From NCBI RefSeq assembly GCF_001194135.2, contig NC_068994.1, positions 35,664,311 to 35,728,310 on the forward strand: 64,000 nt of DNA. Direction: 5' to 3'. The position numbers and the translations under genes were made by a program. Positions 51,587-64,000 of this stretch are shown here, piece by piece. This stretch comes from Octopus bimaculoides (lineage: Eukaryota). The notes under the pieces were generated by a model. That model made no database searches, was not told the DNA's origin, and saw only the letters and a program-made list of their open reading frames with translations. The stretch's first letter is position 1, and each line of letters opens with the position of its first letter.

Positions 51587-51590
<4 letters not shown>
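51495..51590 (+). mobile_element. RTE-type 3' end fragment
   Basis: ccaacccatgccagcatgaaacacagacattaaattatgatgatgat. Confidence 0.55.
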
Positions 51591-51628
<38 letters not shown>

Positions 51629-52749
51629 AGAAATAGAGGGTGCATGGCCAAATAGTTAGGGCATTGTGTTCATAAACACAAGATCATAATTTCAATTCCT
51701 GGACCATGTAGTGACGTGTTCTTGAGCGAAATCCCTTCACACACCGCTCCATGATTACTTTGACACCTGATGTGTGGCACAATTTACAGCTGTTCAGACA
51801 ATGAATTTGATGGAGGGAGTGAGCCCATGTACAGCACATACATTTGATCACTATAAACAAATCATTTCTGCTGGTTGTTCAGCAAAAACTGAACACTGAT
51901 GCATCATTTTCAATGGGAGTTTCCATCTTTATATATATATNNNNNNNNNNNNNNNNNNNNNNNNNNNNNNNNNNNNNNNNNNNNNNNNNNNNNNNNNNNN
52001 NNNNNNNNNNNNNNNNNNNNNNNNNNNNNNNNNNNNNNNNNNNNNNNNNNNNNNNNNNNNNNNNNNNNNNNNNNNNNNNNNNNNNNNNNNNNNNNNNNNN
52101 NNNNNNNNNNNNNNNNNNNNNNNNNNNNNNNNNNNNNNNNNNNNNNNNNNNNNNNNNNNNNNNNNNNNNNNNNNNNNNNNNNNNNNNNNNNNNNNNNNNN
52201 NNNNNNNNNNNNNNNNNNNNNNNNNNNNNNNNNNNNNNNNNNNNNNNNNNNNNNNNNNNNNNNNNNNNNNNNNNNNNNNNNNNNNNNNNNNNNNNNNNNN
52301 NNNNNNNNNNNNNNNNNNNNNNNNNNNNNNNNNNNNNNNNNNNNNNNNNNNNNNNNNNNNNNNNNNNNNNNNNNNNNNNNNNNNNNNNNNNNNNNNNNNN
52401 NNNNNNNNNNNNNNNNNNNNNNNNNNNNNNNNNNNNNNNNNNNNNNNNNNNNNNNNNNNNNNNNNNNNNNNNNNNNNNNNNNNNNNNNNNNNNNNNNNNN
52501 NNNNNNNNNNNNNNNNNNNNNNNNNNNNNNNNNNNNNNNNNNNNNNNNNNNNNNNNNNNNNNNNNNNNNNNNNNNNNNNNNNNNNNNNNNNNNNNNNNNN
52601 NNNNNNNNNNNNNNNNNNNNNNNNNNNNNNNNNNNNNNNNNNNNNNNNNNNNNNNNNNNNNNNNNNNNNNNNNNNNNNNNNNNNNNNNNNNNNNNNNNNN
52701 NNNNNNNNNNNNNNNNNNNNNNNNNNNNNNNNNNNNATATATATATATA

Positions 52750-53390
52750 TATGTATCTGCGTGTATGTTTGTTCCCCCAACATCGCTTCACAACAGATGC
52801 TGGTGTATTTACGTCCCCGTAACTTAGCGGTTTGGCAAAAGAGACCGATAGATAAGTACTAGGCTTACAAAGAATAAGTCCTGGTGGGGTCGATGCTCTA
52901 GCATGGCCGCAGTCAAATGTCTGAAACAAGTAAAAGAGTAAAAGAGTAATATATGTATATATATATATATATAATGTATATATATATATATATATAATGT
53001 ATATATAGACAAATATCTTATGGATATAGACTTAGTTGCATAAGAACCTTGCTTTGAAGCCTTGTAGTTTTGCACAACCTTTTGGACAATTGTTTTCTTT
53101 AATAGCTGTGGACTGACCAATGTCATCTGAGTGAATTTGGTAGAGAGAAATTTTACAGAAGTCCATTGCATATGTGTGTGTGAGCTTTTATTTGTTTGTT
53201 TCTGCCTTACAATAGGTGTTAATTTCTTGATAGCCCCGTAATCTAGTGGTATTGCAAATGGAAGCTGTTTGAATAAATACCAGACTGGAAAATAAGTACT
53301 GGATTTATTTGAATGGATAAACCCTTTAAGGTAGAACTCAACCATTACCACAGTCTAGTGACTGATACCATTAAAAGAATAAAAGAGTAT
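52750..53390 (+). mobile_element. Two tandem SINE family A copies (a young 3' half at 52750-52950, an older copy at 53020-53390)
   Basis: cgtaacttagcggtttggcaaaagagaccgatag...ctgaaacaagtaaaagagt, then a second decayed head and body. Confidence 0.7.
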
Positions 53391-54078
53391 TATATGTGTA
53401 TAAATATGTGTGTGTGTGTATGCATGTATATATTTATATATGTGTATGTATATATATGTGTGTACATAGAACAAGCATGCATACACATATATGTGTGTAT
53501 ATGTATATATGCAAATACATATGCACACACACATATATTCATATATATAAGTGTGTATAATGTTTTTACTGCAAAACTTAGTTTGGAGATCAACTTTACT
53601 GCTTTACAAACTCTCTGAAGCTATAAATAAGCTATATATAAATATATACACATAAACTGTGTGTGTGTGTGTGTGTTGGTACTGCATTGTCTGCATGAAT
53701 ATTTACACATACATTAATAAACATGCATATGTGTGTGTTTTCATAGGCATATGAATGTGTATATATATATATATATGTATTTGTACACACACACATACAC
53801 ACATATATATACACATTCAATTGTTGGAATGAGCGCCACTAATAGATCACATGTTTAAGGGATTGGTTATCACATGACGAGACATTCATAAATATTTGGT
53901 GGATCAATGACCATATGCATGATAAAGCAAGCAGTAACCTTATATCTGTGTTATCATGCACGAATATGTGTAAGTCTGCTGATGTAAACAGCTGCATATG
54001 GGAACTTACAGATGCATACACTCTCTTTCTCTTATATGTATCAAATATATCAGATACGCACACACACACACACACATG

Positions 54079-54109
<31 letters not shown>

Positions 54110-54461
54110 ATGTATGTATTTGTATGTTTATGCATATACATGTACTCATAGACATATATTTTATAGATATACTGATAGATGTAGATAACTATGCATTATA
54201 GAGATACAGGAGTTGGAAAGAATAGAGAATTCTCAATGGTATAAATTTTAAGGGCAACAAAGCCTACTACTGTAGCCTATAATACCACCATACTACTTCC
54301 CATACTGTCTGTCGTATTGCTACTACATCCTCCTCCTCCCCCACCATAAAAATACTGAGAATGCTATCAAGGATGAATGTTCTGTATACCACAAGGGCAA
54401 TGGATGAAGGACATTACAAAATTGAATCACAAAAGACCATGTAATTTTACATACACACACT

Positions 54462-54517
<56 letters not shown>

Positions 54518-54597
54518 TATATACTTACATGCACACTCACATACACACACACAAATGCACACACACACACGCACGCACGCACACACACACACACATA

Positions 54598-54945
54598 TTT
54601 TATCTTTTATCTGTTTCAGTCTTTAGGCAGCGGCCATGCTGGAGTACTACCTTAAAGGATTTTAGTCAAATAAAATAGATCCCGGTATATACATTTGTTT
54701 AACCTATACTTATTCTATTGGACCCTTTTTGCCAAACTGCTATGTTATGGGAACATAAACAAACCAACACTGATTGTCAAGTGGTAGTGGGGGACAAACA
54801 CAGACAGAGAGAGACACACTCTCTCTCTCTCACACACACCCTCACGCACAAACATACACACACATACTTGTATAACAGGCTTCTTTCAATTTCCATTTAT
54901 CAAATCTTCCCACAAGGCTTTGGCCAGCCCGAGGCTAGAGTGGGA
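54598..54945 (-). mobile_element. SINE family A copy
   Basis: tatcttttatctgtttcagtc...gcggccatgctggag...acaggcttctttcaatttcc...gggactgaacc. Confidence 0.75.
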
Positions 54946-55159
54946 CTGAACCTGGAGGCTGCATCTTACCCCAGTGTTCCACAGAAAGATGATAAAGAAA
55001 CATACAGAGAACAGGAAAATCCCACAATGGGTGTGGACATGTTCTTCCCTCATCAGTTATCAAGCAAAGCTCCTCACAATTTCGATGCCTTACTTACACG
55101 ACCACACATTCATATGTATGTATGTATACACACACACACACACACACACACACATCCAC

Positions 55160-55545
55160 TCAGCCATGGCTGTATGATAAGAAACTTGTTTCCCAACTAC
55201 ATGGTCTTGGGTTCAGCCTCACTACGTAGCACCTTGGGCAAGTGTCATCTACTATAGCCTTGAGCTGACCAAAGCATTGCGAGTGGATTTGGTAATTGGG
55301 AACAGAAAGAGGTTCATTGTGTGTGTGTGTGTCCTTCTGCCTGTGTTTGTCCCCCACTACCTCTTGACAACCAGTGTTAGTTTGTTACGTCAACATAACT
55401 TAGTGATTTAGCAGAAGAGACTGATAAAATAAGTACCAGGCTTAAAAAGATAAATACTCGAGGTCGGTTTGTTTGACTAAAAGCTTTACAAAGCAGTGCC
55501 CCAGCATGGACACAGTCTAATGTCTGAAACAAGGGTAAGAAGAAA
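55160..55545 (+). mobile_element. SINE family A copy
   Basis: gggttcagcctcactacgtagcaccttgggcaagtg...ccagcatggacacagtctaatgtctgaaacaag. Confidence 0.75.
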
Positions 55546-55558
55546 AGAATATGTATTC

Positions 55559-55631
<73 letters not shown>

Positions 55632-56449
55632 GATAGATAGATAAAGATAGATAAAGATAGATAGATATATATATACATATATTTGTATACATACATTGTA
55701 TGTATTCATGAAGACACAAATATATTGTATAGAGTGGAAATATTGTTATAAAACAGTAGATGAATAATACTACTGTTCCATGACTTTTAAGATTCATGTT
55801 AAATAGACCATTCTTTAGTTTGGCAGTTTTATCTTAGAATTCTGGATCTTTGGCAGCATACTTTCAATATCTATTTGGACAAGTGTATTGTGAAATGTTA
55901 TTACATGATTGCTACATATCTGGCTTATATAGACATACATATGTATATGCACACACTGTGCATAATATATTCATATGTATATGTATACATTCTGTGTCCT
56001 GTATAGTTATATGTATGGGTTACTCTACAGCATAATATATGATGCAGTATGTGGAGGCACATGGCTTTGTGGTTGTGGTGTTGTACACATGGTCGTAAGA
56101 TTGTGGTTTCAGTTCCTGAATTGGGTGATGCACTGTGTTCTTAAGCAAAACACTTCATTTCATGCTGCCCCAGTCTATTCAGCAAATTAAAATGAGTCAT
56201 CCTATGATGGACCCGCATCCTACCTAGAGAGGAATATATACACACCAGAGAAACTAGGAACCTGGCCCTATGTTTCTTACAGAGTAAGTACTAATCATAG
56301 GATGCAGTGGAGCTGAATGGAAAAAAAAGTTTGCTTCACGCTAACAAGGTTGCAGGTTTGGTCCACAGCATATTGGGTAAGTGCCTTCACCATAATTTTG
56401 CATTGACCCAAAACTTGTGGGTGAAGGCTGAAACTCTTTGTAGGCAGAA

Positions 56450-56695
56450 ACTCTGTCAGCGGCGAGCTGGCAGAAACATTAGCACGCCGGGCAAAATGTT
56501 TAGCAGTATTTTGTCTGCTATTATGTTCTGCGTTCAAATTTCGCCAAGGTCAACTTTGCCTTTCATCCTTTCGGGGTCGATAAATTATTAAGTACCAGTT
56601 ACGCACTGGGGTTGATGTAATCAACTTAATCCCTTTGTCTGTCCTTGTTTGTCCCCTCTATGTTTAGCCCCTTGTGGGCAATGAAGAAATAAAAA
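56450..56695 (+). mobile_element. tRNA-derived SINE, family B, near intact
   Basis: ggcgagctggcagaaacattagcacgccgggc...gttcaaatttcgcc...ctttcatcctttcggggtcgataa; B-box-like GTTCAAAT and CpGs retained. Confidence 0.8.
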
Positions 56696-57124
56696 ACTCT
56701 TTTTAAGCTTGCTCAATGGATTACATATGTAATTCAAAGGTCCACCCCTTGTTAAATCATCTCATTGTTGATTCTGTCTGAGAATTGCATTAAGTGAACA
56801 TTTGTCTGGCAAATAATCAGCTACTTATATGATAATAATTTTTTATGTTTAGATGATGATTTCTAATTTAGCTACTTATATGATAATACAATTTGTATGT
56901 AGCCCACTCAAGCAATTGAATACTCCTTGTCAAATACAATAGGGATTCATTACCACAAAATTATAAGTATTTTGCTGATTGAATATAATACAGGATGGGC
57001 CAAAAGTCATGCATCAAGACATTTGACATTTTTATTTATTCATATTACATTATTATTATTATTATCATTATTATTATTATTATTATTATTATCTTTACTA
57101 TTATTATTATTATTATTATTATTA

Positions 57125-57346
57125 TGGTTACTATATAAAGGATTGAGGTAACTCCTCCTGATGATATAGAGTCAAAATTAAAAGAAGAGTGCCATTTGTT
57201 ATCTAGTGAATGATATTTCGACATCTTGTGTGTCTTCAACTGGTTCAAAAAGTAAATTTGTCAATCTACTTCATTTTGGTTAATATATAAAGGATTGAGG
57301 TATCTCTTCCTGAAGATATCGAGTCAAAATTAAAAGAAGAGTGCCA
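57125..57346 (+). repeat. 70-bp direct duplication (57125-57194 and 57277-57346)
   Basis: tggtta.tatataaaggattgaggta...gagtcaaaattaaaagaagagtgcca, 5 mismatches in 70. Confidence 0.9.
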
Positions 57347-58765
57347 AAAAACAGTGGGTGCGTAACAAATTGATACATAGCACAAAATTTCTTTTGCTAT
57401 TTAATTTGAGTCTGTCCTACATACCTTTATACCTTAGAGGACTTAAGAACTTGGCATATAGACACTAGTAAAATAAGTACCAGTTAAGGTACAATATAAT
57501 CACTTTATCACTATGGTAGAGATAAAAGAGATAACATATATACAATAAATTAATGCACTATCAATTCATAGATTTTTAGTTCAATTCTAGAATATAAGTT
57601 GAACTGAATACTTCAGTAGTTGAGATTGATGTTGAGCCCTTAGATCACCCTAGCTTTAAAAGACATATGACTAAAGTTGTTCCACACTGAATCATCTCAT
57701 TATTTTTGTATAGCCAAGACTTCATTTTCTCATATGTCCATTTTTTTTAATTTGGCAAAGTGTAATTTGAAAGAATTTGGAGATTGCAAATCAAATAGCC
57801 AGCTCCCTTAATTGCTCTTTTCACTGAGATGTTGCTGAATAAGTACCAAATCATTTGGGGAATGTTACTTTCAATATATTGGGTTCTATTCAAGAAGATT
57901 CCAATCTCATCATACATTGGACAACATGAAAATCTTGTCTAATTTAAGCATTGGCTTAATTGATCTGAGCAGTTCTAAGAAACATTTAGACTCATTGATC
58001 TATAAAGGCTATAAAATGTTTAAGTGTATCTGTCAGGAATGGTAAAAGTGAAACAACTGACAATGCTACCCATAGGCTGGCAGGCTCATGTTCTGGTTGC
58101 ATATTAGTCAAGTTATCAGCAGCATGGAGGTTAACTCATAGGTAAAGACTGAACTCTTAATCTTCCAATTATCAAGCAGATGCTTGCAAGATTAAGTTAT
58201 TACAAGTTCTATAGAACTTAATTGCTTTCACATTCAATATATTCCTTAATATCTACAATGGAAACTAATCAGCATACACACCATGTGTATGTCCTTGCAT
58301 AGAAGAGACAAATATATGTTTGTGCATGGATATCAATACTTATTATAAGTATATAAGCATAGATGCATGCAAACACTTTCATAAGAATGTATAAATACAT
58401 GCTCACAATAGTAAACAAAGACACACACACTCATATATATGATTAGTGCACGAATTTACCCATACATAATCAGTTCATATGCATTGCACATGCAAACTAA
58501 ATTAATCAATATATATGTATATGTATATATAAACTTACATGTATATGTGCATGTATACATATTAGTTTGTACTTACACACAGACACAAATACACACACAC
58601 ACACACACACATATATGTATGTATGTATGTAATTATATGTATGTAAATCTATACATTTATGTTTGTATGTGTGTACATATACATATGTAAGTATGTATAT
58701 ATGTATGTAAATATATACATTTATGTTTGTATATGTGTACACATACGTATGTAAGTATGTGTGTG

Positions 58766-58805
<40 letters not shown>

Positions 58806-58807
<2 letters not shown>

Positions 58808-59647
58808 TAAAACTTACTTGGAAAAGGATGTGTGGCGTTCGATCATATAGTGATATAATATATAAATATATGCATATATCCATACATATATGTACATACC
58901 TACTTATATATGTATATAGACATGCATATATGGGTACAGGACATAAAAAAAAACGTTAAGCACAATGAGAAACAAACACATAAAAACGAAAACATAGAAA
59001 ACGAACATTTTTTTGAACAACAAAAAAAAACCAAAAAGAGAAATGAGACATGCAACATAAAGAGTATACCCCTTCGTCAGTTGTCCCTGTTTTATCTACT
59101 CTGCATTTCGAAGGCAAGGACAATACGCGACTTCATTGAAACAGTCCTTCTTGCAAAGCAGATTAAATAAAATTTGGGATTTTTTGTGGAGGGTGAAAGT
59201 GTTAACAAGAACAGGACAGTGAGAACAAGACAGTAAAAACAAACGGTGAGGGCTGTTGAGCCAAGACGATAGAAAAATTATTATGAACGCTAGGTGGACG
59301 AGCCATGAGAGAAGACAGGAAAAGGCATGTCTTTTCTTTAGGAAAGAAATGGACAGAAAAAGAGATCCCCTTTCGTCACGTGTCAGCGATGAGAGAGTCA
59401 AGGAGGAAGAGTGAGAGAGAGAGGGAATGGTGAAAGGGAGAAAAGAATAGGGAAAGGGTGGAAGAGAAAAACAGAAAGGATGAAAAACAAGAGAGGGAGA
59501 AAGATAGACAGAGAAGAGATAGTAGAAGAGTGTGCATCGTAATATTAAGATAAAACTTACTTGGAAAAGGATGCGTGGTGTTCGATCATATAATAATATA
59601 AATAATATGTAAATACATGCATATATCCATGCATATATGTACATACA
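58806..59647 (+). repeat. About 95-bp direct duplication flanking the promoter-like region (58806-58900 and 59549-59647)
   Basis: Both copies read agataaaacttacttggaaaaggatg.gtgg.gttcgatcatata.... Confidence 0.85.
59069..59400 (+). promoter_or_regulatory. CpG-rich promoter-like region with Initiator-like TCAGTT (59077-59082), candidate non-coding first exon 59079-59245 and E-box GTCACGTG (59375-59382)
   Basis: About 11 CpGs in about 330 bp in an otherwise CpG-poor window. TCAGTT matches the invertebrate Inr consensus TCAKTY. Strong donor ACG|GTGAGG at 59245. Confidence 0.5.
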
Positions 59648-59777
59648 TATATATATATATATTATATATATATATATATATATATGCATTTATCTACATC
59701 TATATCTAGCTAATCTATCTTTCTATATATAGAGATAGATATATCTGTACCTATTCTATATCCTCTTCTCTCTCCAG

Positions 59778-59822
59778 CATCTCTGCTTCCATTCATTATA
59801 CTATGCCATCCATAATTGTGAG
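59778..59822 (+). other. 45-nt plus-strand exon (5' UTR plus possible ATG at 59803, or in-frame coding)
   Basis: Near-consensus acceptor tcctcttctctctccag and donor GAG|GTAAGT, about 530 nt downstream of the donor at 59245. Confidence 0.6.
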
Positions 59823-60182
59823 GTAAGTGAAAGTTGAATGCCTCCACTACCTATATCTTGCTACAACATTTTTCTCTGACTTTCTGAATCTTTTGCTCCA
59901 TGTTCTCTTGAGCATGTTATTTTGAAGATACACTCAGGCTCCTTGTCAAAACCATCTTGGCTCTTCTTCACTTACACTTCTATTCACCTATATATAATAT
60001 GAAGTAGAGTAGCATTTTATCACCCACTGAACCTATCCTGCCATCATTACAACTCTCTAACTCTCTCTCTCAATAAATTCTCTGAGACTAATTTTTATCT
60101 TTCCATCCTATTACTTCCTTTCTTAATATTGTCTCTGTAAGTCTCTACCTACTACCTTCTCTCAATGGTACACTCATGTAAG

Positions 60183-60216
<34 letters not shown>

Positions 60217-60221
60217 ATTTA

Positions 60222-60335
60222 TATAAAGCACCCAGTCCATTTTGTAAGGTGGTTGGTGTTAGGAAGGGCATCTAGCCATAAAAACCATGCCAAAGTAGAC
60301 AGTGGAGCTTGGCACAGCCCTCTGATTTCCTTGGG
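60222..60335 (+). mobile_element. RTE-type 3' UTR fragment
   Basis: aaagcaccc...ggttggtgttaggaagggcatctagcc. Confidence 0.55.
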
Positions 60336-61633
60336 TGATGAGGTATGGTTTCTTGTCAGATTTACCAAATTTGGACCCATATAATTATAAAAATATTGAG
60401 TGTACTTTTTATAATTTTCATAGTATAGGTTGACCTTAGGAATACCCTATAAAAATTATATCAAAATCTGTTCAATTTTGTCAATTTTGGCCCAACTCTG
60501 TTTGCACTCAATTCCTACAGGATCATCAGTATACTTAACGTATGTAAGATGGTCATTTACATGAAACTGGAGGGTCACAGAAAGAAGCAGATGTTATATT
60601 CGTAATCTACACACAAGATAGCCCCAGAAAAGATTATTCTCATTTCCGTTTATTTTTTTCATTGTTATACAGTGTAATTAGGAAAGAAAATTTAGGTATT
60701 TTAACCCCATTCCATCATTCTGTATACACATATTATATACGTTCTGTATACACTTCCTATATACATATTTACTATTTTTAACGATAGAAATAAAGGAAAG
60801 TAAAATAGAAAATAAAAGATATGTATATTTGTATATTTGAATCTATCTATTTGTATATGCACATATGTACATGCATTCTTACAGTTTATGAAAAACAGAA
60901 AAGATATACAATATAATAAAGTAAAATAAAATAAAATATAATTTAATATACTGACATATAAGTAAAACAGAATATACTCACTTATATCTATTTATATATG
61001 GACATGTATACATTTCTATAAGATATTCTTAGCCAAGGTTCAAACCACATACAAGATAACGTATATAATTTGATGTATATATACACACATACATGCTATT
61101 TTTAAAACCAAAGATAAATGCATACAATATGATGAAGAAAAATTGAATTAACAAAAAACAACAAAAAAAGAGCAGATGGTATCAATAGAGTTTCAAACAT
61201 TAATTGTCTTAGCAGAACTACAAAAATGAGCATTTTAGCCTGTGGTTGCATCTAATAAATCTTTCAGAGTACCTCTTCACAAGTTTACCTATACACACTA
61301 AAATACATTACATCACCTCAGAACAGAGATTGCAAGATCTTGAGAACATATTGTGTGGATATGCATTTTTCATTATTGTCTGTGTGATGTTGCACTTTTT
61401 CTTCTTTAAGTTTCCAAACCAGATAAATGAGTGATGTGCATTGTCTCTTGTTAATGATTTTAAACAAGCTTTGCATACTATTTCTACAAGGTTTTACCCG
61501 AATCTTATTTGAATATTATAAATATTATATATATATATATATATACAGGACATATTATTATAAATATTATATATATATATACAGGANNNNNNNNNNAGGA
61601 CATATTATTATAAATATTATATATATATACAGG

Positions 61634-61678
<45 letters not shown>

Positions 61679-62469
61679 TGGTGAATTGAAGAACACAAAA
61701 GCAAGCTTGGTATAAATAATCATGGAACAGTGTTCAGATAAATGAGAATTTAAATTTCAACTAGGGCAGATGCCCTTGATAAAAATGTTTAGCTATCAGA
61801 ATGATCCTCATTGAATGGATATGGAAGTAGAAAGTCAGATAAACATGTGGCCTTTTGCCACGTTCTTCCAATGAGAGTTACCAGACAGATTCTTAGGAAC
61901 TTGTGTTATTCCATAAACCTATGACATTATGGGTCTTTATTATATAGTGAATGTGACTATGGCATAAACCATAGTGCAACCGAAACAACTGGCAAGATAA
62001 GAGTATTATGTAACTCTTTTGTATATTTCATATTTTTTATTCTGCATTATGTATTTTGTGTTCTATGTAATATAGTCATTACGTTTACTTGTGTTTATCT
62101 GCATTTATATTTATACACATATAGATATCTTTGTAAACTTGTTTATTAAAAAGTATTTGTATAAGGAACCCAGTTGCACTGCACTAGGAATTTTACTGGT
62201 GGGCCCCTTGCTAGAAATATTTTTGTGGGTATTGTAGTTGATATCTAGAACTTTCAGATAATTGGAGTAGTATTTGTTGCATAGAAAGCTGTGGCATTGG
62301 TGTTAAGAATGAGTGTTATTTGTGGTAAGGTTGGGGCAAGAGAGTGTGGGTGAGATATTGTCAGGTTTAGCCATTAGATTAAAAACTGTTCATTTGAAAT
62401 GTCTTGGGTTTTAGAAGATTATGTATTTGTTGAAAGAGAATTATTCTGAGTTTTATATCTATCTATCTA

Positions 62470-62540
<71 letters not shown>

Positions 62541-63543
62541 NNNNNNNNNNNNNNNNNNNNNNNNNNNNNNNNNNNNNNNNNNNNNNNNNNNNNNNNNNNN
62601 NNNNNNNNNNNNNNNNNNNNNNNNNNNNNNNNNGTGTTAAAACGGGGGTAGGTGATGAAGAAGAATGTTCTCTATGTGGCTTGTGTGTTTTCTCGTCTAC
62701 GTTTTGTTTGCAATGTCCTGTACCCAGATATGCACCTATACATACAGGTGGATGTCGGTATGCACATACCTGTACGTATATATGCATATACTCATTTACT
62801 ATTTGTTTATATATATATATATATATATATATATCTGTCTGTCTGGATGTCTGTATGTCTCTCTATTTAAAGTACCAGTCAAGAATTCTCTATACTGGAG
62901 CTTTTGAGCGATTACAATCCCTGTCAGTACATATGTATACAGTGATGTGCTTTAACTACAACATTAGAGCTTTTTAGCTCTTATTTCATGCAATGTAGGT
63001 GTTCTAGCACTCGTCATATTTACTCACAATTATGATTTTTCCTTTTTGGTAAAACATTGCACACAGCTGTCTATATTAATTTTATGTTTGTATACACACA
63101 CACACACATATTTATATATATATATAGCTTTGTGCTATATTCTTTTATACAACCAAAGATTCTTTGTTTATGAGACCTTATGCTTTCATTTGCACTGCCC
63201 TTTCAGTGCAAAAAATCCCAAGCATTACACTTTCAGTCAACCATGTCAGATTAATTTAATCAAACCTTCTGTTTAGGAAAATCTAATTCTATATGAAACC
63301 AACTGATAACATTTTGGACAGATATGGTGCTTAATTGAAAGTATTTCATTGAAAATGTGCCCCTGCCTCTATTATCTTAAATGGTGTGTGTGCATTTTCT
63401 AGTCTCTAACATATCAACATATATCAGGCAAATATATATATATATATATGAGTGTGTATGTACACACCCACACACACATATATATTCATATATATACATA
63501 TGTGAATGTGCATATATGAGTGTGTGTGTGTATNNNNNNNNNN

Positions 63544-63576
<33 letters not shown>

Positions 63577-63719
63577 TATATACTTTTTATTGAAGCTGCT
63601 AAAACATCACAATAACTGTCACTCAGGGTTTCACATTTGCACTCGGACTGTTGTGACAACTACCCTCAGTATTCAAGTGCTATCTTTTCCATCTTGTTTT
63701 GCATTTATGTGCTAACTCA

Positions 63720-63751
<32 letters not shown>

Positions 63752-63763
63752 AAACATAAATAA

Positions 63764-64000
63764 TCACCGATAATAGCCAATATATACATGGAATACTTCG
63801 AGAATTTGGCTTTAGGATCAACACCACTAAAACCAACCCTATGGCTGCGATACGTTGATGACACCTTTATTCTCTGGCCCCACCAGCAAGATGTCCAAAT
63901 GCTGTTAGATCATGTGAACTCAATAAATCCATCCATACAGTTCACCATGGAAAAGGAACAGAACAATCAGCTGGCATTCCTGGACGTATTAATAACACGC
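63764..64000 (+). mobile_element. Penelope-like reverse transcriptase, open to the window edge
   Basis: Uninterrupted SPIIANIYMEYFENLAL...WLRYVDDTFILW...SINPSIQFTMEKE...LAFLDVLITR. Starts abruptly after a (TA)n run. Confidence 0.9.

Noticed and set aside
61510-61640. About 38-bp tandem repeat across a 10-N gap
   Set aside because: Probably an unresolved AT-rich minisatellite or overlap artefact at a contig join.
1-64000. CRISPR arrays, rRNA, intact tRNA genes, prokaryotic operons
   Set aside because: None seen. The sequence is eukaryotic, and the tRNA-like segments are decayed SINE heads.

Overview
This is AT-rich, microsatellite-saturated, gapped animal genomic DNA. The repeat families look like those of a coleoid cephalopod (Octopus-like); that assignment is recalled pattern recognition, not a database result. 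Most of the window is intron or intergenic sequence filled with decayed mobile elements: several tRNA-derived SINE families, RTE 3' ends, a CR1-group LINE, an R4/Dong-type LINE, three Penelope-like element (PLE) remnants, a full-length TIR-bounded Tc1, a maT/DD37D element, a Tigger/pogo element, a Chapaev3-type remnant and MITE-like elements. Splice signals support a minus-strand protein-coding gene that I cannot name. It has a clear exon at 50073-49956, a probable last exon at 32751-32477 with AATAAA, and a candidate 9-nt microexon at 39953-39945. A CpG-rich promoter-like region near 59.0-59.4 kb appears to start a plus-strand transcript made of small exons. The most notable observation is a 308-bp element bounded by a 14-bp target-site duplication. 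It joins a tRNA-like Pol III head to a decayed PLE-type hammerhead-ribozyme tail, so it is a candidate PLE-mobilised SINE or retrozyme. Also notable is a 1.1-kb intronic fold-back palindrome whose apex was re-copied by template switching. Most long ORFs in the supplied track are microsatellite or N-gap artefacts. Coordinates of decayed repeats are approximate.
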